The notes under the pieces were generated by a model that worked only from the letters and a program-made list of their open reading frames with translations, searched no databases and had not been told where the DNA came from. Positions 27,241 to 38,170 of a stretch of DNA of 64,000 nt are shown one piece after another; position 1 is the stretch's first letter; each line of letters begins with the position of its first letter. The stretch covers positions 5,491,741-5,555,740 of the forward strand of contig MU058636.1 in NCBI GenBank assembly GCA_013265495.1, given 5' to 3'. A program made the translations under genes and the position numbers. The DNA is from Vicugna vicugna. Its lineage: Eukaryota.

Positions 27241-27470
27241 CAGGGCCACCCTGTGTGATTGTGTAGGCTGTGCCCTGCAGAGCCAGCAGCCAAAGGGGTC
27301 CATGGAGGTGGAAATCCAGCCCAGGGTACACTCACCAAGCCACACATTCCTGAGGCTGCATTTTCTCGGAGGAGGCACTGTTTTCTAATTGTTTTCTAAT
27401 TCATGAGCCCAGAGTGGAAGCCTTTTTCTAAATCACAGCAAGCTGCTGTGTGTGCTAACAGTGACCCAGG
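27241..27470 (+). mobile_element. MER91A-like hAT-Tip100 element nested in a MIR
   Basis: cagggcc...ttgtgtaggctgtgccctgca...gaaatccagccc...ctcaccaagcc...tttttctaa...tgctaacagtgaccc. MIR halves flank it at ~27140-27230 and ~27490-27570. Confidence 0.75.
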
Positions 27471-28522
27471 CAGTCCTGGCCCTGAGGCCTGGCATCAAAT
27501 GAGAAAACACATGAAGTCCTTAGCACAATGCCTGGCATACAATAGGGTCTGGTTCAGGATAGCTGAATCTGCCTACTTTTTACTATTCAGAACTACGCAA
27601 ACACATTCTTGTTTGTAGTAGCTTAAGAGAAAATGAAAATGCACGCACTCTTCTTTTCATTCAGTTTCCCAGATATTTTGTATTAAATAATGAACCTAAC
27701 TTTCAAACAAAGGAAAATGTCTTTTTTTTTTTTGGACATCATTAAATGGGGAGTTCTATGTCTAGCTTCTGACAGCAAAGGAGTATTTAACCTATGCAAC
27801 AATATGGGACTAGATTCAGTCAGGTTCAGTGTCCTCCACAGAGACAGATGAACATAATGACAAAATAAAATTGCTCACTGATATGTGCTGGAAGCCCCTG
27901 GTGATAAATGAGAGGCTTCATTTCTACCTTTCCTAATTTCCTTTTCTTAGTAAGCAGCCCTAGGTGAAATCTGCACAGGAAATAGTCTTAATAATTTTAA
28001 TAGCAGTGGTTTAATGAATGAATCTAATATGGATATTGTAAATGAATTTTTAATTTAGAAACAGATTAATTAAGAAGTTTTCAAAAACAAGCCTTGGATC
28101 TTGAAAATCTAGCATGCCAAGGTGTGTAATCTGTCCCAATCTCCTATTATACCTAAGCACCACAATACCTTAAAAACACTAATTAAATTATTTGATTCAA
28201 TACATGTAATACCTAAAATATATAACTCTGTAAACACTAGAAGTAATGTTACTGCCTTATCTCATAATGATGATGCCAGAATCAATAAACAACAACAGAA
28301 AGCAGACACACTTTCCTCTTGGGCAATCACCTTGCCCAAGAGCGAGGGGCACAGAGCAGTAGATTATAGCTGCTCCAGGGAAGGCTTTCAGGCTCCTTCC
28401 AGATCTAACATCCTGTGATTTCACAAGTCGCTTTTATCTTACTTAAGTAACACGAAGTCATCAATGAGAGTGAATTCACAAATCAAGGCATGATTATACA
28501 AGAGACTGGCTTTCCCTGAATG

Positions 28523-28682
28523 CAGGATCAGCTACATCATTTGCTGGGCCCAGTATAAAATAAAAATGTGGGCCTTCCATTCAACAATTAAGAATAATTT
28601 CAAGACAGGAACAATAGAGCAGTAAGCCAAGTGCAGGACCCCTCTCAGCATGGAGCCCTGCCTGAGTGTGGTGCAGGGACTG
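28523..28682 (-). mobile_element. MER45A-like hAT-Tip100 element
   Basis: caggatcagctacatcatttgctgggcccagtataaaataaaaatgtgggcc...ttaagaataatttcaagac matches the reverse complement of MER45A as recalled. Confidence 0.75.
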
Positions 28683-29499
28683 TTGAGATTCTACTGGTGT
28701 TTCCAGGCCTGGGACTCCTAGAATGTCCAACTTGTTCCTTCTCCACTTCTGGCAGATGTAGTTCCAATAACAGAACGTACCAGTTACTAAGTTGCTGCTG
28801 CTGATGGAGGCTAGGTAACCAAAGCAGCATGGGGAATGTCAGGCAGGCATCCTGGGGTACCTTCTGAGCTTCTGCCCTTTCCTCGTCTATCAAAACATCC
28901 TATGAACTCCAGACAGAAAAGAAACTACAAGACTTAGGGCATTAAGATTCCTTTAGACACACAGTCTAGTTTTATAGACTCATTGATTTTAAATTTAAAT
29001 AGGGCCTTAGAGATCATCTAGTCCAACTTCTCTCATTTTAATTAGGTCTTCATCAAATTCCATGTAGACAAGGGCATGGGAATGAATTCTTGGTTGGATA
29101 GTTCTAAAGCTAATAGTAATTCTGATGAACAAACCATAATTGATGATCATTTAGAAAAATAAAGTGTTAGTATAATGAATTATTCATGCTATAACACTAA
29201 TGGATCTGCACAAGATGCTGCCAACCATGCTAACAACATATGTAGTATTTGATTTTTTATATTCTATTCAAAGCAAAGAGAGTGAGGCTAATGCCTTAGC
29301 ACTAGGAAATCCCTGAACACGGGACCTAGGATGGGTCCGTAAGATATGGGAACAAGGCAGATGAATCCAAGTGTGAAGTTGGAGGGTGGTTTAAGGCTGG
29401 AGCTAAAAGCATCTCCTTTACCAGAAAATACGTCTGTGCTGCTCTATTCTCCACAGAGAATAAATATACGTATGTGTGTGCATTTTAAATAAACTCTTA

Positions 29500-29740
29500 A
29501 ACAGTGTTAACTAGAGGTCAGACACTGTGCTAAATGCTTTGAAAACATTAACTCACTTAATCCTTACTACAACCTTATGAGGTAAGTACTATGCTTATCC
29601 TCCTTCTTAAAGATGGGGAAATTTAAGAACATCAAAATTAATTTTTTTGCCCAAGGACCCACTGTGTAAGTGGTGGAGACAGGATGTAAACCCATGTAGT
29701 CTTGGCTCCAGTAGCTGCTCCTAACCACTGGATTATGATG
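29500..29740 (-). mobile_element. MIR SINE
   Basis: cactgtgctaaatgcttt...aactcacttaatcct...aaccttatgaggtaagtact...agatggggaaat. Confidence 0.85.
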
Positions 29741-32199
29741 CATGCCAGTAATCTTCCATCATGCCAAAATACCACTGACCCTGCCCTCCACTACTCTGGA
29801 CACATCAAAAGTAAAACAACACGCATTTAAGGCACTGGGAGATCTACGCTCCCAGTGCTGTAGCCATAGCTGTGGCAAATATTCATATCAACATTATGGC
29901 TGAACCGATGCTAATTTCACAGATGTTAATTACCATTACACAGCTGTGATTTTTTCCAGATAATGATATTTCAAATAACTTCAATCCCTTTTCCACCACC
30001 ATAGTGCTTCTCTAAGGGGTTAAACATACATTTCTTCATCTGTCATTACTGCTTTGATTTAGATTTAAGAACTACCACAAAGCCTCTCTTCTTTCTTTCC
30101 AGAAAGAATAAAACAGCCTATAACACAATAGTTAAAATATGTAAAAGCTTTTTTTTAAACTTATTTTTATTCTGACAATTGCTCCACTTTTATGTCTACT
30201 GCTTATGAAGTTTTTTCTTGGGACTAAAATAAAGATGTAATTTCATTCCAAGATCATGGGGACAACTTCTCATGGCCAGGAAAGGAGCAATCCATCACTT
30301 TTTCAGGAGTTCTACAATGAATGCAACTCAAAGTTAGGCAAAGAAGGGAAGCACTACCTTGCCATCTTTGCAATGTCACTGTGACAACCCAGACATTCTC
30401 ATGTAGTGGTAGATTAGTGTAGCTTATACTGTTACACCTTCCAGATATTCAAGAATTTGTACTTTCAGGACATTATTCTAATGGTAAATAGAATAAATAT
30501 AAATTTCAATGGAAAACACTTTCAAGAAACCTGGACATGTTTCCACTTTATCTAGATATAGAGAGGATCAAAAAGCATAGGATAAGACGTTACAGTTTAA
30601 TGTCATTATTAGCAAATGTATTAATTTTCATGATGTTATACAACAATTATCCCTGGGGTTCATTTAATTTCCTATATAGGAAGGAGAAAGAAGAACTATC
30701 TAACAAACACCATATGCCATGATGAGATATATATTAAAATATGCCCTACTACACAAAATAATAGAATCATAAGATTCCGAAAATTTTATTTTTAGATAAA
30801 AATGTTACTAAGGAAATAGTCTGCCTAAGAACATCAGATGGCTCGACACAGCAGATCTGCAAATACAATTTGTGTAGTCATGGTGCATTCTATACTGTCT
30901 TTTAGCTCTTTCTGGAAGCCTGCTCAATTTCTGGTTAAATAGAAGAGTTAAGTGATTTGAACAGCATAATAAAATTTGTGTGCTTTGCCAGGATAAAACC
31001 ACAGTCCTGAATTAATATCCTGCACTACAGTCCCAGCGTGCTTTGACAAGGATGCTATTTCATGGCTCAATAAATACTTATTGACTAACTACAAACATGA
31101 CAAAAATGTTTGTCCTTCAACTGTTTTAGGACTAAACATTCAAGGATTCTGAAAAAAAGCTCCAGAACATTGCAACACTTTTCAAACCATGTTTGTTCTC
31201 ATTTTGCAATATCCCTAAACTTGCAAAAGGGCAGAACAGAAATATACTGTTGGATAAACCCCCAGAAAACTACAGTGTCTCTAAGCAAATTTTTCTTTAT
31301 CAGTTGTTTTGTTCAACATAAGATTTTAAAAGCAAAAGGAATATTAATTTCATTAGAAGTGCCACATGTCTAAATGATCGGGTTGGTGACTGACAAAAAT
31401 TGTATCAAATGGTCTTCTTAAGGAATTCCAGCTAACAGGCAGGGTTCCTGTTTCCTGTTCAGAGCAACCACCCACAAATAATGAACAAGGTCCTTTCTTT
31501 GGTCCAATTCCAGAAGGAAACTGTTATTCCTACGGGTTAGGCAGCATACTGCAGAAGGGTTAAGCCTTGTTTAAGTTACCCTCCTTACAAACACAAAAAT
31601 TCAAGACATCGTTGTCTATTTTCCTCTGAGAAATTTCACTTCAATCAACTTTATTATAAACAAACCATAATTATTAAAGATCAACAAATAGATGCAAAAT
31701 TAGAAAATTCAATATAGTACAGAATCTTTCTTACAAACTGAACTTTGATTAGACTATTCCCAGATACCATGACACTAGAGAAGTCACCTTTCCAATAGAA
31801 CGTTCTTAGCTCATTATATGTAGGGCCAACGAGTTATAGTAACCATCGACGTACTCCTGCTAAGACCATTTTTATTTAATTAACTATATTTTAATTTTTT
31901 ATGTATGGGAGGCAACCTTGAGAAGTCTTTCCTTCAAATGCTATCTAAAATTTACTTTTACTTTGCAAAATGATTTCTCAATTTTAAAGGTATATGTCAT
32001 TAGTGAGATGTATTTTTATTCAACAACAGTTCTGGGACCAAATAAATCTGTCACAAAAGATTATTTGGTATATCACTACCATTATTCTGCTACAAGAACG
32101 TGAATGCAGAATTTGGGAATGGTGCTGCTATTTTTCTTATTCCCCAGAAATTTAGCACACATATACATATACACAGTTCATGTCCAAATACTATGCTCT

Positions 32200-32444
32200 A
32201 AATAAAGGACGTCCTAGGACTTGGTTCTTGGCCCCTCCTCTTATCTGTATCCTCCTCCTAAGTAACCCCATCCAGTCCTAAGGCTTTGCTCTATAGTCTT
32301 CACATGCCAGTAACTTTCAGATTTCTGTCTCTTGCTTTGACATTTTCCACAAAACTTTACTTGTATATCCAACTCTTTGACTTTTACTATGGAAGTCTAA
32401 TAGGCATCTTTGGCCTAATTTGGAGCAGAACTCATTCTTCATTC

Positions 32445-32486
<42 letters not shown>

Positions 32487-32950
32487 TTCCTTTTGGAACT
32501 GCAATATGCAAATATGACACATGTCCCATCTCAGCCCACAGCTCTACAGACCTAGGAGTCCCTGATCCCTCTCCTTCATCTCCAACAAAAGTCAGCATTG
32601 TTGTCTCTACTTCCAAGACGTATTCTAAAGCTGTCCCTTTCTCTCCATTTCCATCACTGTCACCCTAGTCCGTGTATCTGTTTCTCTCTCATCTAGACCA
32701 CTCTGGTAGTAACCTATTCAGGTCCTGTCCCATCTCTGCTTAAAATCCATTGCTTCTTATCACATGTAGAATCAAATGCAAACTTCTTGCCCTGGAGACA
32801 AGGCCCAACCTGACCTTATAACCTGACTCTACAGACACCTCTAACACAAACGCCTCCCACCTACTTGTGCCACCTTTTTTCATGATGCTCCAAGCACATT
32901 GGCCTTTTTTTTTTGGTTTCTGTAAAATGACAAGCTCATTCCAACTTACT
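32200..32950 (+). mobile_element. L2 fragment containing a (CA)n
   Basis: Pyrimidine-rich L2 body (ctaggagtc..., ctgcttaaaatcc..., aaatgcaaacttctt). Confidence 0.7.
32450..32482 (+). repeat. (CA)n microsatellite
   Basis: About 16 perfect AC units. Confidence 0.97.
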
Positions 32951-33036
32951 TAAGCAAAACTTTTCTTAGGGGCTTAGACAATGATCTTGTACTAGACACA
33001 GACCTCTGTGAGTTATCATACGGTAGTTAATGTAAG

Positions 33037-33200
33037 TCAGCGATTCTGAACCTGGACTGTACACGGGAATCATCTGTGGAGCTTTAGAAATACTGGTCCC
33101 CAAGCCCCATATGAGCTGAATCAGAGTCTCTGGGAGCCAGCAAGGGCACTCCTATTTCTGAAAGGCTCCAGGTGACCCCATATATAGCTAAGTTGAGAAG
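33037..33200. mobile_element. MER5-like DNA transposon fossil
   Basis: gaatcatctgtggagctttagaaatactg...tgaatcagagtctctggg...ctccaggtgac...agttgagaa. Confidence 0.7.
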
Positions 33201-36200
33201 AAGACAGATGTGCTCTCTTCCTCTGATTTTCTGTATACTTGATTTAGATTTCTTTTTTGTTATTGTTAATATAAATCACATCTAAATGTACTCCCTTTTC
33301 AAGAGATGTTTAAAAAGAAAAAAAAAACCCGATAGAGTAGTATGGCCTGTTCTGTACAGTAAAGTGATAATAAAAAGGAAGGACACTGATATAAAATACA
33401 TGAAAAGGATCAGTTATTCTCATCCTGTACTTTCTGCTATCATGGAACACATTTAGATTTTAATAAGGAACTTTTTTATGGCCCATGTTCTATTTTGGAT
33501 CCCACTCTGCATTAAAGTCCCAATCTTGTGTTTACATCGCATCACAGGATGCTACTGTTGACTCTCAGGATGAATAAGCCTGTTTTAACATGACAAGAAC
33601 TCACTGAAAATTTGGTGGAATTAGCATTTCTAACAAAACTTGAACTTTTCAGTGTTTTAGGTTAGTTTACTCTTGGCAGCAATGTAACTTCCTGTGTCTA
33701 AGAGAAATGATTTAAAATGATACCATGAAAGAGATCAAAAGACTTGGACTTCAATTAGTTCACAGGCCACCTAAATATTGTTATGTGAGTATAAAGGAAT
33801 CAAACATATGGATTACATTTCCATTAAAATAGAGTAAGATTTTAAAATAAAAGAGCAGATAGCTTTAGAAAACTCACTTCAATTCTCAGATCTTAACATT
33901 TGAGAAGTAGCTCAAGCTGCTCACAAACACCAAAATCTAAGAGGTATGCTTCTGCCTGGAGAATTTACCGATGCTATAAAAGTTAAGAATTGTCAGCAGC
34001 AGTGGCTGATGAGGGAACTAGAGAGGGCAAAAGAACCTGTCACTCACCCTGAAGAAACCTGCATTTAGACTTCATGACAGCATCTCACTCCTGCAGCCCT
34101 TGGCTTCCTATAGTGATGGATGGGCAGGGCACACCACACAGGGGCCCCAACAAGGTGGATGTATGGCTGTTTGTTTGTTTCAGCTCTCTATGGGCCCATA
34201 CACTACCCAGCCCAACAGGAGGACTGGGAGACAAAATATTTTTGGTGCATAGGGTTATCCTTGTCACTCCAGGAGGAAGGAGCAAAGAGCAATTTTTCCA
34301 ATTAATTTTGCTATTCTTTTAAAAACTAACTGCAAATGACAGAGTGCCTAAGAAAAAGGATTTGAGGTCCATGTGTCTCCATAAGGCCCATGGAGCAGGC
34401 AGTGTGGCAGAACACAAAATGGGCACAGAGGACCTTTGACTTCTGACAACCCGAATTAGAATACTTCTTTGAACACTAACTAACTTTGTCATCTTGGGAA
34501 TAAACAACAATTACCACCATTATTACAATAATTAATATTGAGATGACAGGTGAGAAAAAGTCTTGTTGACTTTCATGAGGATTAGGGTCTTAGGTAATTA
34601 AGAAGTGCATGTTACCAAAAACTCCATAATCCCCATGAAAATTTGGCAGCTACTACAAAATTGGAAAGCCCAAGAAGAGCTCCCAGTATCAGTTCTTCTT
34701 TACCAATAACTCCCTTTTGTAATTTTGTAATGAACCTATTTGAACATCATTCACACCTTATCCTTCTATTGGTTTCATTATTTGTGTCACCATGATGTGT
34801 GTTAAGGAATGCTTTTTTTCCAGTTATACACAATCCCGTCCTTCCTAAATATTGTCCCATAGCACAGAAATCCATAGGCTTCACTGGGGCTAAATAGTTC
34901 TACTTCTTCTTGTCTTTCTGTTAAACTGACAAGACACACTTCTATGAAAAGAAGTAAGACTGACTTAGAATAAGAATTTTCCTGCCTCAAGATGTTAAAA
35001 AGCAGAAAGCAGCATCAAATACCCTCAAAGTGCTCTTGACAATAAACACAAGTTTGTTATAAAGCACTCTGAACACTGTTCTATTGACTAAGTGCAATAA
35101 GAAGAAAATTTTAGGGAAATTAAAGAAGTCCCAGCACAAAGCTTTTCTCTGATAGAAAAAGGCTGAAAAAGAAAAAGCCAATAGCCCCGTATCATCTCTT
35201 GGGGGGCAGATTCTCTCTAGGGATACATTCATATAGTTGGTTATTCTGATGTTGTGAATTAACCATATAAAGAAGACTTTTACAAATGAAGAACACTTTC
35301 ACCTGGAATTGATGCCAATATTAATAACTTAAGTATTTCAGTGTCATATGGCCAAAGTTCCATATTTTAGCTGCCTTCGCAAGAAAACCCAAGAAAATCA
35401 ATTTGCATCTAAAAGCTCCTTCATGGAGTTGGCTTGGTTTTGTGGCAAGCATCCCAGCTTGCTTAGAGAAGCAGAGGTAGAAGTCTGCTTCACAGAGGAT
35501 TGTTTGGTCCCAGTTGAATAACCTGCTGGCATCCACTGTTAGCAGAGTGGTAAGCAGATTATGGGTAAGCAGATATTAATATTCTGATTAAACATTTTAA
35601 AAACCTCATACCGCTATTTTAAAAAATAATTACACTACCCTGGGAGAACTCATACTTACCACTTTACAGCCACTTTTAGCTTTAATTTCTATATATTTAT
35701 GATCTTAAAATCTCTACCTATGGTTTATTTCCCAGAATCAAAACTTTTTCTCTCCACTGCCCTAACTAAACTGCAATGTCTAAAATTCATATGAATACAT
35801 AACTTCCCCGGAAAATCTTAATGGTTTTAGGTCTTTACATTAACACTCTCTTCCTTCCCAGATCTCCTTTTGAAAAAGACAGGGCTGCAGTCATCTTTGG
35901 CCTCAGCTTCTATAAAAACCCAGTACAGCCTTGGCAGCCCTCCTGGAAAGACTTCTTGTTTCCTGAGGATCCATTGATTTAACAAACTTAACAAACTTAA
36001 ATAACAGAAGCTATGAAAGAGACATTTGCAGTAAGCTTTCTGAAGCTATGAAGCAACAAAAGTTTACTAGACCACAAATATTTCTCTAACACCATCCATC
36101 ATGTAGATTATACCATTTAGCATGATAACAAGGAAAGTTATTAATTGTTATTGAAGTCTGCGATGCACATACAGGTCTTTAAAAATCAACAGTCAAAACT

Positions 36201-37219
36201 ACTAGGTTACTGCAACTTATTTCTGGGTCCTGACTAAAAAGTTTGTTTATTTCTTGGGTGCTTACTAAAAGGGGCCACTGTATTGGAGAGAAAATACAGG
36301 ATTAACATTTTATGCTGACAATATCAAGTGTTGGAATCATCTGTAATCCCTACCTCTGATTTGACTGGTTAGGTTGATAAGGACCTAGCTCAAGGAGATA
36401 CAGAGCCTGGGCTTCTACTCCAGAATGCTCCCAGCATGATGAAGACATGTGACTGCATGGGTATAAGGACAGAACACCTGGCAAAGCACGTCTACAGTCT
36501 CAATAAGGAAAGAGGGGAGGAGCCCAAAGAAGGGTAAATCTTCCATCTCACCCTTGGCATCCCTGCCCTCTGTCCAGGCTTCATACCTTCTTCTCTAGAC
36601 CTCTCTTCCACCCCTGTGGTCACTGGCCAACTCAGGAGATACTGCTGGAGAGACAGGAGGCAAGAAGATCCAGAGACTCGACTCATGGTCAGCTCAAGGG
36701 CCCTTCCATCCACACTTCCTCCCATTCCACAAACATCTTCCAGCAGCTAACACTTGGGGAAAGCAGTAAATCCTACACGGCCTGGGAACAGTGTTGTGGA
36801 GTAGCGCCACCTTCCCTTATTGAGGCAGGTATGGTGGGTTGCCCAATCAGACCTAATGCTCCGAGCGTGGGCTATGAGAAGGCTCAGACCGCTTACTGCC
36901 TCTGTGGCCCTACCAGGAAGTAGTTCCACGGAGCCGGCACAGAAGACCACAGCCAGGAAGCTGTCCTTTTGATCTAAGCAACGATTCTTCAGGACCTCAT
37001 GGCTCCGAATAATCACCTTGTCTCTTCCTCTGATTCATGGGCAATTGATTCCAAAAGAGAGGCCCCTCTTTTGCAACCCCAAAGTGAGGAAGGCCTGATG
37101 CCACTGTGGGCAATTATCTACGTGCCCCAACAGCTGTCCACCTGTCTCTCCCCAAACCCTTCCCCACTCGCACCCCCACCCCATTTGGTCTCCCACAGCT
37201 TTAGATACGCTCCCTGGCC

Positions 37220-38170
37220 TCGCCTTGACTCTCCATCCCACACAGGCAGCGGACGTGCCCTGCGTGGGAAAGGCGAAGTTGCGAGAGGGGCCGCCCTTCT
37301 GGAGGGCCACTTGGGCTGGGCACTCATTCATTCACTGGGCTAGGGTGGGGTGGATGGCGGCGGAGCAGGGGCCAACCCAGGCGGAGTGGCCACGCAGAGG
37401 ACGAGCGGGCCAGGTAAGCCCCGCGCCTCTCCCCGCCCCGCCGGGCTGTCAGCGCGCCGGGCGGAGCCCACACCCACCAGGTCCCCGCGCCGGGAAAGCG
37501 GGGAGCGCGGGCGCTCCAGCCCGGCCCAGCAAGGGTGGTGCGAGCAGCCTCCTCCGCCCAACCTCTGGCGCCTAAGAAAACCTGTGCTGGGAGCCCGAAG
37601 CGGCGGCGGCGGGGCGGTGGGCCCGGGTGGGCGACGCGGCCCTCGCCTCCTCCCGCCCCCGCGGTCCCGCGTCTCGTGGGCACCGACCTGCCAGCCGTCT
37701 CTCCCGGACGTTTTTCCACAGCCGATCCCACGCTCTGGCCGTGGAGTCCCGCAACTGTTCACTGATTGACCTCCTGAGCGGCGTTTGGAAAGGTTTCCGT
37801 TTGCCAGTCATTTTAGATCCGTCCTCATAACGACCAGCGGGCTGGCCACTCAGACTCCCGGCGATTCGAGACCCCCGTCGCCGGACTCCCAGGGGACCCG
37901 CTGCGGACGCGACATGGGTCCGCTGCCGTCCCGCGCTGGCGCCGGGATGCGTTGCCACTGCGCGCGCGGTGCAAGGGCAACCTCTGCGCTCCGTCAACTC
38001 CTCTACTCCTTTCCCTCTTTCCTCCCCTCCCTCCTCTCCGCTCCGCGCTCCTCCGCTCCCCCCCCCTCCTCCCGCCTCTCTCCGGGACGGTCTAGCGCCC
38101 CACTCCTTCCCGCAGGAGCTCTCTCGTCCTCCCTCGCCTAGACCTGACAGCCGGGATCCGATGGCCCCCA
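37220..38170. promoter_or_regulatory. CpG island / promoter of the minus-strand first exon
   Basis: Abrupt GC- and CpG-rich block in an AT-rich, CpG-depleted background, with GC-box-like motifs, surrounding the first coding exon. The TSS cannot be determined; probably ~38.0-38.2 kb. Confidence 0.9.
37688..37811 (-). CDS. STARD13: Alternative first coding exon (41 codons + 1 nt) of a DLC-family RhoGAP (SAM-RhoGAP-START), most likely STARD13/DLC2
   Basis: ATG at 37811-37809 with A at -3. Reads MTGKRKPFQTPLRRSISEQLRDSTARAWDRLWKNVRERRLA, then G|GTCGGT donor (GT at 37687-37686). Phase 1 fits the shared SAM exon beginning E-IEAKEACDW. The peptide resembles the DLC1 isoform-4-type N-terminus as I recall it (LRRSFSDHIRDSTARALDVIWKNTRDRRLA) but differs enough to be the paralog. 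It lies in a CpG island. Gene assignment is from memory, not a search. Confidence 0.8.

Larger units (their letters stand above)
1..37687 (-). other. STARD13: Inferred first intron of this isoform (continues beyond window start)
   Basis: Downstream of the GT donor. I found no SAM, RhoGAP or START exon in the window, and the region is repeat-rich. Confidence 0.65.

Noticed and set aside
1..37000. Canonical STARD13 first exon and SAM/RhoGAP/START exons
   Set aside because: I could not find these peptides in the ORF track or by reading, so they presumably lie beyond the window start. Short exons could have been missed.
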